A stretch of 64,000 bases of DNA from a virus: IMG/VR virus record IMGVR_UViG_3300045988_034373, positions 117,963-181,962 of that record; one strand, written 5' to 3'. Below are positions 48,961 to 59,600 of the stretch, piece by piece. Numbering within the stretch: the stretch's first letter is position 1; each line of letters starts with the position of its first letter. A program made the translations under genes and the position numbers. The notes beneath the pieces are model-generated. The model worked only from the letters and a program-made list of their open reading frames with translations, ran no database searches and was not told the DNA's origin.

Positions 48961-51900
48961 TTATAGCCATTCAGCAGGTACTAATCTAGATTCTAATTGG
49001 TCAGCATTGGTGATGTTAGCCTTCTTAACTCCAGTTAAATATCCAGATACTAAATTTAATATAGGATAGTTAGCCGAAACGAACGTAGGTACAGCTCCTT
49101 GCAATTTAGTGCAATAGTAGAACATATTACGAATATCGTTAATGTTGTAACAAATCTTCAGTAAGTCTTCAGTAATTAAAAGTAGACCATAATCGCTCTC
49201 TTTATCGTCACCAGAGGATGTTACTGAGAATAAGTAAGATGCGTTAGATATTTTAGTATTGTTCTTAAATATGTTAGCAAAGTCAATTTGAGGATATATC
49301 TCTTGAGTTCCCCCAGCATTATATGCCCTCTTATCAAACTTACAATCAGACCATACACCAGAAACAACCTTCAACTCTGGGTTGTTAGCAAATAGGTCAC
49401 TATTTACGTCAACTCCAACTTCAAGGATTGTTCTTGCAAATATCTCTGAAACATCTTCTAACTTAGCATTATATTTAAACATGTCAGGTGGGTACTTAAT
49501 ACCTCTAGTAAATGTACTTCCTTGTAGGTTTACGAATGCACAGAACCTTGTATCCTTAAATACACCTATTATCTTAGTAGTATCTACAAAAGATTCAAAC
49601 AGTTTACATGGTATTCTTCCTACCATTCCATCCCATTTACCAGTTTGTACTATAGCCCAATCTCCAGAATCGGGCAAGAACTTTCTAATTTGTTCTGGAT
49701 AGTTGAAGTCTACCATAGACTCCTCTAGTGTGCAGTCTGGATGACAGTATCTAAAGTAGTCAGTAGGAATCATATAGTTCTGATATCCAACATCAGCTAA
49801 GCCACTGCCTGATTGAGAGATAGCTGTCTTCTGTTGAGTATCATATTTAAAGTACTTCTCAGTAAGTCTAGCCTTAATATCAGCTAAGCCACTCTCTGTA
49901 CTTGAAGCCCCTTCCCATCCATAACCATCGAGATACCAAACATCGAATGCTTGTTCACCTGGATTGTAGTCAGGACTACCAGAGTCTTCATTCCTATCAT
50001 AGTTATAAGACTTCTTTAAGTTACTTACATCTAACTTATAGGTAACTCTATTTCCAGCATTTCCAATGATGTGGTCTTGCCACATTGTTCCTGCTTCACT
50101 ACCTATTGCTAGTGGTAATCCGATTGATACGGTTCTGGTTTCATCATATCCTAGATACCAACATCCTTTGAATACTCCTGCCATAGTAGTAATACTACGT
50201 CTAATTGACCTAGAACTACCATTAACTTCTTCCATGAAGAATAGTCTATAAGGAATAACTCCAAATGTTCCAGTATCTTCGAAAGCATATGAAACATCTT
50301 GTAGTATACAATTCTTAAAGCCTTCTCCGACTAATTTTATCCTCAGATTGTAGCAACCACTAAACATACGTTTAATGTTAGTAAGACTTACACAATCATC
50401 AAACATACCAGCAGGTGGGAACTGATATATCTTATTATCATTATTTAAGTCTATACCACTAAATATTCCTTCAATACTGTTAAGGATTCTACAATTCTTA
50501 AACAGGGTGGCTGGAATACTTTGAGCACCAGCTTCACTAGCACAAGTTAGTCCGTTAAAGATACCAACAGCTTGTCTAAGAGTTCCAGTGATTCCTTGGA
50601 ACATATCAGCCATCTCTGATAGGTTTACTAATGCTTCCCCTCCACCACTATACTGGAATGGATATTGGATAGATGTAAATGTTGGTATATACCAAGTCAT
50701 ACTTCCATCAGTAATAGTCTGCCTTATTCCTCCAAACACATTAGGTCCAATCTTTCCGACTAACTTAATTCCTGTGTACAGAGAATCAGTCAAAATTAGA
50801 GATTGAGCAACCTTATTAACAGTATGGAATAGGTAAGTGTTACCATTACTATCTGAGTCTACAGACATTTTAACCCAAGCACATCCAGTAAATACACCTT
50901 TTGGATATGGACTTACTAAATTCCTTAAATTTGTAAAGAATGTCTTTGAGCTTAGTAATCCGTCTGTAGGTACAGCAGCTCTTGTATTAGCACAGCTCTT
51001 TAGTTGCATACAACTTCTAAACATATAGTCAATCTTAACTAAAGGACTATACTTACCGTTAACTGGGGCAAATACATTATTATCAATCCACTCTAAACTT
51101 GTTTCTTCAAATGCTGCCTCTGCGTCAGTAAGTTTAGGCAAGAAGTCTAACACTCCCCAGGTAGAATCCTTAGAAGCACTATAATCTGAAGTTCTAGAGA
51201 AGAATGGACCAGTCAGACTAGTTCCACTGAAGGCTTCTTTAATACTGTTTACATTAGGACATAGTCTGAATAGGTCATACCAAATATCACCAGTAATATT
51301 TGAGCATCCCTTAAACATACCTTCTAGTGAAACAATATTCTCAGTCAATCTCACCATTAAATACTTAAAGTCATTATATGACATTCTTGTACATCCTTCA
51401 AATAGGAAGTAAGTATCTGTTAGTGTTTCATCAAATGATATATTAGTAACGTCAGTTCCTTCAAGGAAGACATCCGTACCATACTGAGTATATACACTAT
51501 CTGGATTTAGGTAGAACTGGCTACAACCTCTAAACACCTCACCACCCTGAAGAGCTAAGTGTCCAATAACTCTTTGTAGTGATATACAATCTCTAAATGC
51601 ACCTCTTGGTATTTCTATAGGATTAGTCTTGTCATTCTTACACCTAACCTCTACTAGTTGCTTACAGCTAATAGCTTCTATACTCTCTAGGTCTGGGAAT
51701 GCAGTTAAGTCTAAATACTCTGGAGCTTGGTCATTGTACTTCAACGTAGACAATGATGTATTAGAGATAACTAACCTTCTTAGACTAGAGAAATTTGGTT
51801 TACCATTAACATATAGTGATGCTAATGTAATATCAGAAGTCTTAGTATAACTTAGGTCAAGAACCTCAAGATTCCAAGCACCTGTTAGTTCTAACTTTAA

Positions 51901-54900
51901 AGAAGGATTATTCTGACCTGGAATACTAAACTCCTTCATACCAGGACAGTTATCAATAGTAACTTGGACTAATGGGCTAACAGAATTATTAACTGAAGAG
52001 TAAGGAATCTGAATAGTTTCCATCTTCTCACAATTCCTAATAATTACAGTCTTTACATTAGGTGGTATGTTCAGCGTTCTTAATGCACCGCAGTTATTAA
52101 TCTCTATTGAAGTTAGCTTTAGACAATCATCAATAAGTAATGACTCAAGGAATGATTGGTTCTCCAACTTCAAGTTAGTAATATCTGTTCCAGACATATT
52201 CAGCACCTTCAATACAGCAGATGTAGGAAATGTAATTTTAGTGATAGAAGAATAAGATACATCCAATTCTTGAATCTTACGACATCCACTTAGGTCTAGT
52301 GTATATGCAGAAGCAGTAGAACCAATAAGTCTAACCTTACTTAGATTCAACTTCTTAATATTCTTTAGACCTATATCATTAGCCTCATTGTATACTCCGC
52401 CCTGGAAGAAATAGGCAGCATCCACATTGCTTAGTCCACTTAAATCTAACTCCTGCAACATAGGTAGATTAATATTATCCAAACCTGTCCAAGGATAACT
52501 CTTGAACTTAGTAAAGTCAGTAATGTACTTATTAGCATACATATATACTACTGTTTCACCAGTAGGCATAGGTAATATAACTGATGTTGGAGTATCTGTA
52601 ATCCAGAATGCGCCAGTAGTCTTATCATGTGAATAGTGATAAAGTATCTGACTACTTGCAGTAATATCAGTACTAAATCTAATTTCAGTAGCTGAACCAG
52701 TAGCTTTGTTAGAAGCCCACAGACCAGTAATAGGTGATTCAATAGTAGTAGGTAATAGGTTAGTATTATCCTTATAACCATACACTCCGTCTAAGAACAT
52801 GATTCTCTTTCTGAACCAATCCTTAACGTGCATCACACGATTACCATGTAAGAACTTCAGCTGACTAAAGTCTGTACTATCTTCATACTTACCAGTATTT
52901 GGGTCATATGTCTTAGATATAGCAAGATACTTAATCTTATAGTCATAATTAAACATGATAGAACCTGTCTTCTCAGTATATGACTGATAGTAATCCTTAA
53001 TGAATTTATCAGGGTCAGGGAATAGGTTAGTTCTTAGATTCACATATAATGATTCTAGGCTAGTTCTATTCTCTGTACTACCACTGTCTATACCAGCTAA
53101 GTTTTCAAGTACTTCCCATATTCTATTCCACCATGAAGCAAAGTATTGCTTATAGCTATCAGTAGATACATAGTTCTTCTCTTGAGTATACTGAGTAATA
53201 CCAGTATCCTGTGAAGCAATGTTATACCATCTGTGTAAGTGTGCCCAGTATTCTACAATATCTTGTCCAGCATTGTTAAGTCCAAATGCTGTATCCATGT
53301 CATAGAAGCAGCAATACCACACATCTGTACCCCAACTACGAATAGTTAAGTTCTTACACATAGAGTCCACGCAACCAAATAGCAATGCAATCATAAAGTA
53401 AGCACAAGCATTGTCCCAGTTTAGATGCTGGTCACAAGCACTAAAGTTATAATAAGCATTCTTATCCAAATCATAGAACTCTCCAGGAATAGGTTTAGTT
53501 GGAGTTTGTCCAGCATCATCCATTGTATATTTCTGGATACGAGTAAGAGCCATATTAGCCATCTGAGTGTAGAACTTCTGCACTTGATTATATCCGATTG
53601 ATTCATCCCTAGATGTATACATTACATCACCCATGAACTGTACAATCTTCATATCATCTTGCTGGAATGCACCTTGAGCAGAAGAGTTCTGGTTTATTTC
53701 AACGGAGTATACTCCATTGCTAACACCAGTATTCCACTTACTAGCATCTTCTGTATAATCAGTTACTAATGTTGGTCCGTCTTGGTTTACCTTAGTATAA
53801 TCAAGAAGTAGTTTTAATCCAAGATTAAAGAAAGCATATCTACCTAGATTGAAGTTATAGATACCACAGAATTTAGGCTGCTTGATAGTACCATCCGCAT
53901 CAGGAGCATACCTAATGAATAGTAGTACTGGGAAACCTTCAGAAGTATGTTTAATTTTACCTCTAATAGCATTAGCCTTATCAGCATCACCTCCCCAAAC
54001 ATCATTACCTAATGACATAGGTGGTGTAGCACTAAATGGGGTAATAGATTGCCCAGAAGAGTTCTTAGCACGACCATTAACAATCTGACCAATTACTACG
54101 TTATTAACGTGAGCAGAGTCTACTACGTCAGCTTTTAACGTGAATTCATTCTCTGGCAGCCACTCATCAGTAGGTTGGAATAACATCTTCTTACCAGTCT
54201 GGTCTACATCTCCCATATAAATCTCAAAGTTCTTAGCATTATAAGATAGAGAAGATGTACCCTGTAGACCAATAGTAACACCATTACCTTCAGATACACC
54301 ACTAGGAGTACTAATAACTACCTTACCTTTACTATCCTGATAAGTGATTTTAACTGGGAACTTAGTACCCATTACTTCCACTTTATCAGATGCAGAGAAG
54401 ATAGCTGTTGAGTATGGCTCAAATAATGTTGGACTGTTAGATGTCTCTTCCACAAGTACGATAGGATATGGAGTATTGATTTCCATTTGTTCTACTAGCT
54501 TTGAGTATAATAACTCACCAGTCAGGAATCCTCCCTTACCGCCGTCCAATGTCTTATCCCAAATCAAGCAGTTACCTGCGCTATCGAATAAGTTCTTAGT
54601 TCTTAACTCAGCATCTAATGACGCATCAATCTGACCTCTTACAAGTCTTGCTTGTTCAGTAGCCGATATGTAGTTTTGAACAATAGCATATTCACTCTGT
54701 GAAGATGTATAAATCTTAATATCATAGATATTAACATCAGAGAATCTACTCCTTACACCATTATCATTCCTACATCCGAAATAGAAGTCAGTACCAAACA
54801 TCCAATCAATGTCTGATTGAAGTACTCTACTTACAGCAGATAGTACACCATTAACATAGATTTTAAAGTACCAAGCATTTCCTGATAGTAATGATACATC

Positions 54901-56694
54901 CAAGTCTACAGTAAGTAGTTCATTCTGTGGTAACTTAACTGTAAGGGTATCAGCAGAACCAATCTTACATACAGCCTTCTCTAGTGTTACTTCATAACCT
55001 GTCTTTAGTTCTCCATCCTCATACTGACCTATACCACATACTACTTCCTTTGGATAAGAAGAAGCATCCGCCTTATATGTACATGAGATATGGAATCCCA
55101 TAGGTTGGAAGAATGATACACCAGCACCAATATCAACAGCAGGGAACATTTGGTCAGCTACTTCGAGATAACCATAAGCCTCACCACTTAACCTCGTTGC
55201 GGGTATTTGATTCACACCATCAATATCCTGTATGAAACCACTAGTCTTACCATTTACTCCTTTTAGAGTGAAGTTTACACCATCTGGGAACTTAGATGCA
55301 AATGCACCTTCATAGATAAACTCTCCACTATTCTTAATAGGATAGTTCCAAGTACCAGTAGCTGTATTGGGGAATCCAGTAATCTTGCTAAAGTATGCTA
55401 GCAGTGTGTGCATATCATTATTAGCATATAACTCTGTACTTACACTCTCTACTATTCTACAAGTAACTGTCTTAGTATATTGAGCAGAAGTATCACCAGG
55501 GTCATTTACTGCATATCCGAATAGAGTAATTCTTAAATACTCATCAGCCTTATTAACAGATAAGTTCACTGTACTATATACGAACCTATTAGTTTCACTC
55601 TTGTTAATGTTCTTAATTGTACCTGTATCAAGTAATGACACTTCACCACTTCCATTCATTAAATGGATTTTATAATCCATGTTGAATGTACTATACTTAC
55701 TAAGACCATAACTAAAGTAATAACTAAATCCTAATTGAGAACCCTGACCATACTGAGTTAAGTCCTCAATAGTTTCGCCAGGATTAGAAGATGGAGTAAA
55801 CTCTGTAATATCCTCAGTTACAATAACCAAGTTATTACTATCTGCCACAGTAACGTCAAACTTAATCTGCTCGGATGATAGTAACTCACCATTAAGAGTA
55901 GTACTAGCTTGTGCTACAAAGTAGAATCTCTGTCCAGCTTTAGGATTGAAATGTTCACTCTCAAATAGCAACTTACGAGCATCGTAGCTTAATGCACGAA
56001 TAGCTGTAGTAATGTTACCTACCCTAGCAACTTCAATACCATTGATAGTCATCCAGAACTCTGCTGGACTTTGCAAGATATTATTAGTTACTGTATAGTT
56101 AAGAGGTACTTCTGCAACACCACCCATGTACATAGTTTTAGGTGGTATAGATTGAATCTCCAAAGAGATAGCTCCAGCTACAATCTTAACATAGGTAGGA
56201 GTAGCATAAGTATTCTCACTATCATAAGCGGATAGTTCCACGTCAGTAGTTCCAGATAATCCAGTAATGGTAATATCTGTCCTTGCCATAGAATACTTCT
56301 TCCATGTTCCTAATGTCCTATTAGTAGCTAAATCTTTAGCAATTACAGTGAATGACTTTTTAACACCGCCACTCTTAATTAAGATATTAAGTGTAACAGT
56401 ATTAGTAGCTGTATAGACTGTACTACCTTCAGCTACATCAATGGTGTATTCAGAGCCATCGCCTCCACCACCTCCGCCTCCACCACCTCCGATTGCGCCA
56501 TTAAGGTACACCCAGGCTAGGTTTTGTTCTAACTTAGTCATTCTATTATCTAGCTTTGTAAAGCCATTGTCAATAGAAACTGATTCCCCAGCTTCATTTA
56601 AGAAGCCAGGGTTTGTCAGTTCCAATTCTGAAGCATTAGAAGCACCGTCGATTACCCATCTTCCAGTTACTTCATCATAATGTTTTATTTTCAT
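48961..56694 (-). CDS. Giant mosaic tail/fibre protein (2,577 aa): N-terminal module, poly-Gly hinge, LamG-like, CotH-like, LRR and BspA/DUF285-type repeats
   Basis: Uninterrupted ORF whose ATG overlaps the upstream TGA (ATGA). Domain evidence is listed in the sub-features. Confidence 0.85.
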   Translation of the reverse strand: MKIKHYDEVTGRWVIDGASNASELELTNPGFLNEAGESVSIDNGFTKLDNRMTKLEQNLAWVYLNGAIGGGGGGGGGGDGSEYTIDVAEGSTVYTATNTVTLNILIKSGGVKKSFTVIAKDLATNRTLGTWKKYSMARTDITITGLSGTTDVELSAYDSENTYATPTYVKIVAGAISLEIQSIPPKTMYMGGVAEVPLNYTVTNNILQSPAEFWMTINGIEVARVGNITTAIRALSYDARKLLFESEHFNPKAGQRFYFVAQASTTLNGELLSSEQIKFDVTVADSNNLVIVTEDITEFTPSSNPGETIEDLTQYGQGSQLGFSYYFSYGLSKYSTFNMDYKIHLMNGSGEVSLLDTGTIKNINKSETNRFVYSTVNLSVNKADEYLRITLFGYAVNDPGDTSAQYTKTVTCRIVESVSTELYANNDMHTLLAYFSKITGFPNTATGTWNYPIKNSGEFIYEGAFASKFPDGVNFTLKGVNGKTSGFIQDIDGVNQIPATRLSGEAYGYLEVADQMFPAVDIGAGVSFFQPMGFHISCTYKADASSYPKEVVCGIGQYEDGELKTGYEVTLEKAVCKIGSADTLTVKLPQNELLTVDLDVSLLSGNAWYFKIYVNGVLSAVSRVLQSDIDWMFGTDFYFGCRNDNGVRSRFSDVNIYDIKIYTSSQSEYAIVQNYISATEQARLVRGQIDASLDAELRTKNLFDSAGNCLIWDKTLDGGKGGFLTGELLYSKLVEQMEINTPYPIVLVEETSNSPTLFEPYSTAIFSASDKVEVMGTKFPVKITYQDSKGKVVISTPSGVSEGNGVTIGLQGTSSLSYNAKNFEIYMGDVDQTGKKMLFQPTDEWLPENEFTLKADVVDSAHVNNVVIGQIVNGRAKNSSGQSITPFSATPPMSLGNDVWGGDADKANAIRGKIKHTSEGFPVLLFIRYAPDADGTIKQPKFCGIYNFNLGRYAFFNLGLKLLLDYTKVNQDGPTLVTDYTEDASKWNTGVSNGVYSVEINQNSSAQGAFQQDDMKIVQFMGDVMYTSRDESIGYNQVQKFYTQMANMALTRIQKYTMDDAGQTPTKPIPGEFYDLDKNAYYNFSACDQHLNWDNACAYFMIALLFGCVDSMCKNLTIRSWGTDVWYCCFYDMDTAFGLNNAGQDIVEYWAHLHRWYNIASQDTGITQYTQEKNYVSTDSYKQYFASWWNRIWEVLENLAGIDSGSTENRTSLESLYVNLRTNLFPDPDKFIKDYYQSYTEKTGSIMFNYDYKIKYLAISKTYDPNTGKYEDSTDFSQLKFLHGNRVMHVKDWFRKRIMFLDGVYGYKDNTNLLPTTIESPITGLWASNKATGSATEIRFSTDITASSQILYHYSHDKTTGAFWITDTPTSVILPMPTGETVVYMYANKYITDFTKFKSYPWTGLDNINLPMLQELDLSGLSNVDAAYFFQGGVYNEANDIGLKNIKKLNLSKVRLIGSTASAYTLDLSGCRKIQELDVSYSSITKITFPTSAVLKVLNMSGTDITNLKLENQSFLESLLIDDCLKLTSIEINNCGALRTLNIPPNVKTVIIRNCEKMETIQIPYSSVNNSVSPLVQVTIDNCPGMKEFSIPGQNNPSLKLELTGAWNLEVLDLSYTKTSDITLASLYVNGKPNFSSLRRLVISNTSLSTLKYNDQAPEYLDLTAFPDLESIEAISCKQLVEVRCKNDKTNPIEIPRGAFRDCISLQRVIGHLALQGGEVFRGCSQFYLNPDSVYTQYGTDVFLEGTDVTNISFDETLTDTYFLFEGCTRMSYNDFKYLMVRLTENIVSLEGMFKGCSNITGDIWYDLFRLCPNVNSIKEAFSGTSLTGPFFSRTSDYSASKDSTWGVLDFLPKLTDAEAAFEETSLEWIDNNVFAPVNGKYSPLVKIDYMFRSCMQLKSCANTRAAVPTDGLLSSKTFFTNLRNLVSPYPKGVFTGCAWVKMSVDSDSNGNTYLFHTVNKVAQSLILTDSLYTGIKLVGKIGPNVFGGIRQTITDGSMTWYIPTFTSIQYPFQYSGGGEALVNLSEMADMFQGITGTLRQAVGIFNGLTCASEAGAQSIPATLFKNCRILNSIEGIFSGIDLNNDNKIYQFPPAGMFDDCVSLTNIKRMFSGCYNLRIKLVGEGFKNCILQDVSYAFEDTGTFGVIPYRLFFMEEVNGSSRSIRRSITTMAGVFKGCWYLGYDETRTVSIGLPLAIGSEAGTMWQDHIIGNAGNRVTYKLDVSNLKKSYNYDRNEDSGSPDYNPGEQAFDVWYLDGYGWEGASSTESGLADIKARLTEKYFKYDTQQKTAISQSGSGLADVGYQNYMIPTDYFRYCHPDCTLEESMVDFNYPEQIRKFLPDSGDWAIVQTGKWDGMVGRIPCKLFESFVDTTKIIGVFKDTRFCAFVNLQGSTFTRGIKYPPDMFKYNAKLEDVSEIFARTILEVGVDVNSDLFANNPELKVVSGVWSDCKFDKRAYNAGGTQEIYPQIDFANIFKNNTKISNASYLFSVTSSGDDKESDYGLLLITEDLLKICYNINDIRNMFYYCTKLQGAVPTFVSANYPILNLVSGYLTGVKKANITNADQLESRLVPAEWL
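49000..51650 (-). other. BspA/DUF285-type leucine-rich repeats (more than 20 units)
   Basis: Recurrent hydrophobic-F-x-x-C-x-x-L units: AFRDCISL, VFRGCSQF, LFEGCTRM, MFKGCSNI, MFRSCMQL, VFTGCAWV, LFKNCRIL, MFDDCVSL, MFSGCYNL, GFKNCILQ, VFKGCWYL, MFYYCTKL and others. Confidence 0.7.
51650..52470 (-). other. Canonical leucine-rich repeat region
   Basis: LQELDLSGLSNV, IKKLNLSKVRL, YTLDLSGCRKIQELDVSYSSITKI, LKVLNMSGTDITNLKL, LESLLIDDCLKLTSIEINNCGALRTLNI, LEVLDLSYTKTSDITL. Confidence 0.7.
53200..54250 (-). other. CotH kinase-like domain
   Basis: KNFEIYMGD..., FTLKADVVDSAHVNNVVIGQIV (about 54100-54140), GIYNFNLGR, and KNLTIRSWGTDVWYCCFYDMDTAFG (DMDTAFG at 53281-53301) match the CotH pattern (K.f+i.., L+a...D.s.., GlY.l.E, kN.Yly....W....WD.D.sfG). 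Confidence 0.55.
54650..55250 (-). other. LamG/Laminin_G_3-like (concanavalin-type) domain
   Basis: WYFKIYVNGVLSAVSR...FYFGCRNDNGVRSRFSDVNIYDIKIYTSSQSEYAIVQNY is the typical C-terminal signature (iG... F.G.id.vriY...Ls..ei..ny). Confidence 0.55.
56461..56490 (-). repeat. Poly-glycine tract (10 Gly) after the N-terminal module of the 2,577-aa protein
   Basis: gga ggt ggt gga ggc gga ggt ggt gga ggc on the minus strand. Synonymous codons are mixed. Confidence 0.95.
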
Positions 56695-59600
56695 TGTAAT
56701 GTCTTTTCAATTACTATATTGTTGCTTGGATTAGTAGAGCCATTACCTCCAACTTTCTTCAAGTCAGTATAAGCTATAGGTACATTGTACTTATAAGCCC
56801 AAACCTTAGTATTATCCTTCAACTGTAGTTTATAAGATTTACCAAGTATTCTTTCTCTTGAAACTGTTGTCATAGATGGAGTCTCAACCTCATCACCAGT
56901 TCCCACATTCCATATAATGTAGTTAGGATACTGTTGAGCACTATTAACTTTAACTGTAGCAGTATTAGTAGTTGGATTCTCTACCTGACTAGATACAGGG
57001 TAATACTCTAATAGCCAAGGTATATTCTTAGCAGGTAACTCTTTATTAGAAGTTAACTTATATCCAGTTGCTTGACACATTACATATCTCACATAATTCA
57101 AGCTAGCATCAGTAGAGATTTGAACACATTGTCTTTCTCTATCTGGTAAACTAGTGTACCATGAAGGAGTTAAAGAAGCATCATAAACGATAGGCTCCAT
57201 TGTCCTACTTGGATTCTCCCTTATGTACCTTGAATTTGCATATGTATGTTTATGTCCACATAGACACAACTTGAATGCATTATCTTGCAACCATTGACTA
57301 AACCAATAATTACCAACTGTATTTAAGTGACTACCACCTCTCTTGATGTTCTGGTCTTTCTCATAAGTACCCTCAGAGGTCTTCTTTAAGTAGCTCATAA
57401 TTAGGTCAGCGGTAATGATGGTGAATGGAGCTTCATGGCAGAATGCAACCTTCCACTTAATCTTAGCGTCAGATGCGTGTTGCGCCAAATCAGCAGTAGC
57501 CCAATCTTTTAAGTCATTATATACATTCACACCAGTTATATCTCCGAACACATCTGTCCTCGCTAATTCAGTGATTTCAGAGTTCATAGACAAGAAATAG
57601 GTGTTACCATATACGAAACTATAGCAGCAGGGTATGTACACTCCAGCAGACGAAATGGGCACTGTATAAGGGTGTTCAAATGTAAAGAAGAATTCTACAT
57701 TTACTGGATTAGTCTTGCTAATATCTTCACCATCACCTAATACATACACATCTACAGGGGTTAAATCATTATTACCTACTGTAAACATTTGCTCTGTATC
57801 TCTATAGATAACATCTCCACCCTTATAATAGTCAATCCATTCATTAAATCTATTACCGTTCTGAGTTTGGTCTCCAGTATTCAAGCACCATTCATATGGA
57901 TTCTCAGCTTTATCAGAGTTAATGTACTCTGCACTAACTCTCCACATTTCATACTCTTCTGCATTGAAACCTTGTTGGTCACTTACTTGTAGGAAGTTAA
58001 ATCCTCTTTCAATGACCTTGTCTCTATTTCTAAGAGTGAATGACCTTTCCTCAGTCCATGCTCCGTCTCTTCCTACCTTGTAATAATACTTCTGAGTATC
58101 AGTGGGTTCGTCGAAGTCCTTAATGAACTTATGAACTGTAAATGGTGTACCATCTGTAGTTATACTTCTAATCCTATTGTATATTTTATTAGTCCAATTC
58201 TTGTGGTCGGCAGGTCTGTTAGGATTCTGGCTAATGCCTTCTGTATTGAAGTCTTCTTTCTTGAAAGACTCAAACTTATTCTCTGGAGTATATTCTTCCC
58301 CATCTTTCCTTATCCAGATATATTCATCATAATATCCAACTGATACCCAGTTAAAGCATCTAGTCTTGTGTGCATCATGTCCTAATGTACAAGTAACAAT
58401 GTTAGGAGCACCTTCAACTAATAAATGTTTATTGAAGAATATATTCTTATTTTGGGATGAGTTCTTAGGAGTGTACTCTTGAATATCAATAGCAGGGTTA
58501 ATCTTATCCATATTGATGTAAGTCCAGTCCTTAACATTACTCCTAGCACTCAGAGCCTTAGTAGCCTGCTTAACTGGGTCCATATTATAGTAACGCATTA
58601 ATAATACATTACTTCCCTTAGTAGCTATAGGAGACGCTTCACATGGCATTGACTTATCATTGTAGTTACCTATTCCGACTAAATCTACATACCATTTAAT
58701 CACTCCATTAGTAGTCCAAGGTGCTGTACTATTCATAACAGTAGTCTTGAAGTAATCTGTTGTTTCCTCACTACTAATGTAGAATGCACAGTCATAACTA
58801 AATTTGATGCAGTTATCTTTGCTAGACCAAATACTATGAGCTTGAACTCCAGCACCTTCATCCCCAGCAATCTCAAGCCTTGTATTATTAAGAGTGTCAT
58901 CTTTAGTCCAATACATATCAGGTTCACCAACTCTAATTAGTGTAGTATTGATGTTCTCTACAGAACATTGAGCACCCTTAATTAAGAATGTGCCTTGAGA
59001 TTTAAGAGTACCAATTAGAGGTAATGTAACCCAATCTCCACTATTCCTTTCTGTGTAATGTAAGTATAGTCCTTTTAGATTTAAGTCCTTCTTACCTAGA
59101 TTACATAGTTCTACGAAATTGTGAGATACTGGATTATAATCCTTATCCTCAGATGTTCCTCCACAATACACCATATTAACATATATCTTTGGAGAGTCTT
59201 TAGAACCAACTTCCTCTGGAATAATTGGGAAATAAGGAGTAGTATAATAAATTCCAGTACCTTGAGTCTGAGCATTACCAGCTAAAGTATTCTTATCTAA
59301 TCTATAATCATGTATATCTAACTTGCCATCCTTAACCTGAATAAGGAATGTATTCTCTTTATTCGTCATGTCAGCGAACTCAATACCAATAATCTTGGTT
59401 TTAGCTCCACTACCACTTCCAATGACTTCGGTTAATATTCCATCCATTGTTTCTGGGTCTGGTCCAGGTCCTGGGTCTTCTCCACCACCTGTGCTACCTA
59501 TTTTAATTAATTTATATGTCTTAGGGTCTTTAATCCATAATGTCTGAGTATCATAACACCATAACAATTCTTTCGGTAGGAAATCACCTTTATTAGCCTG

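Noticed and set aside
56461-56490. Poly-Gly tracts (also 60120..60146), considered as homopolymer assembly artefacts or non-coding G/C-rich spacers
   Set aside because: Both are in frame within very long ORFs, use mixed GGA/GGT/GGC/GGG codons, and occur at equivalent positions of two different proteins. This argues for genuine coding linkers.
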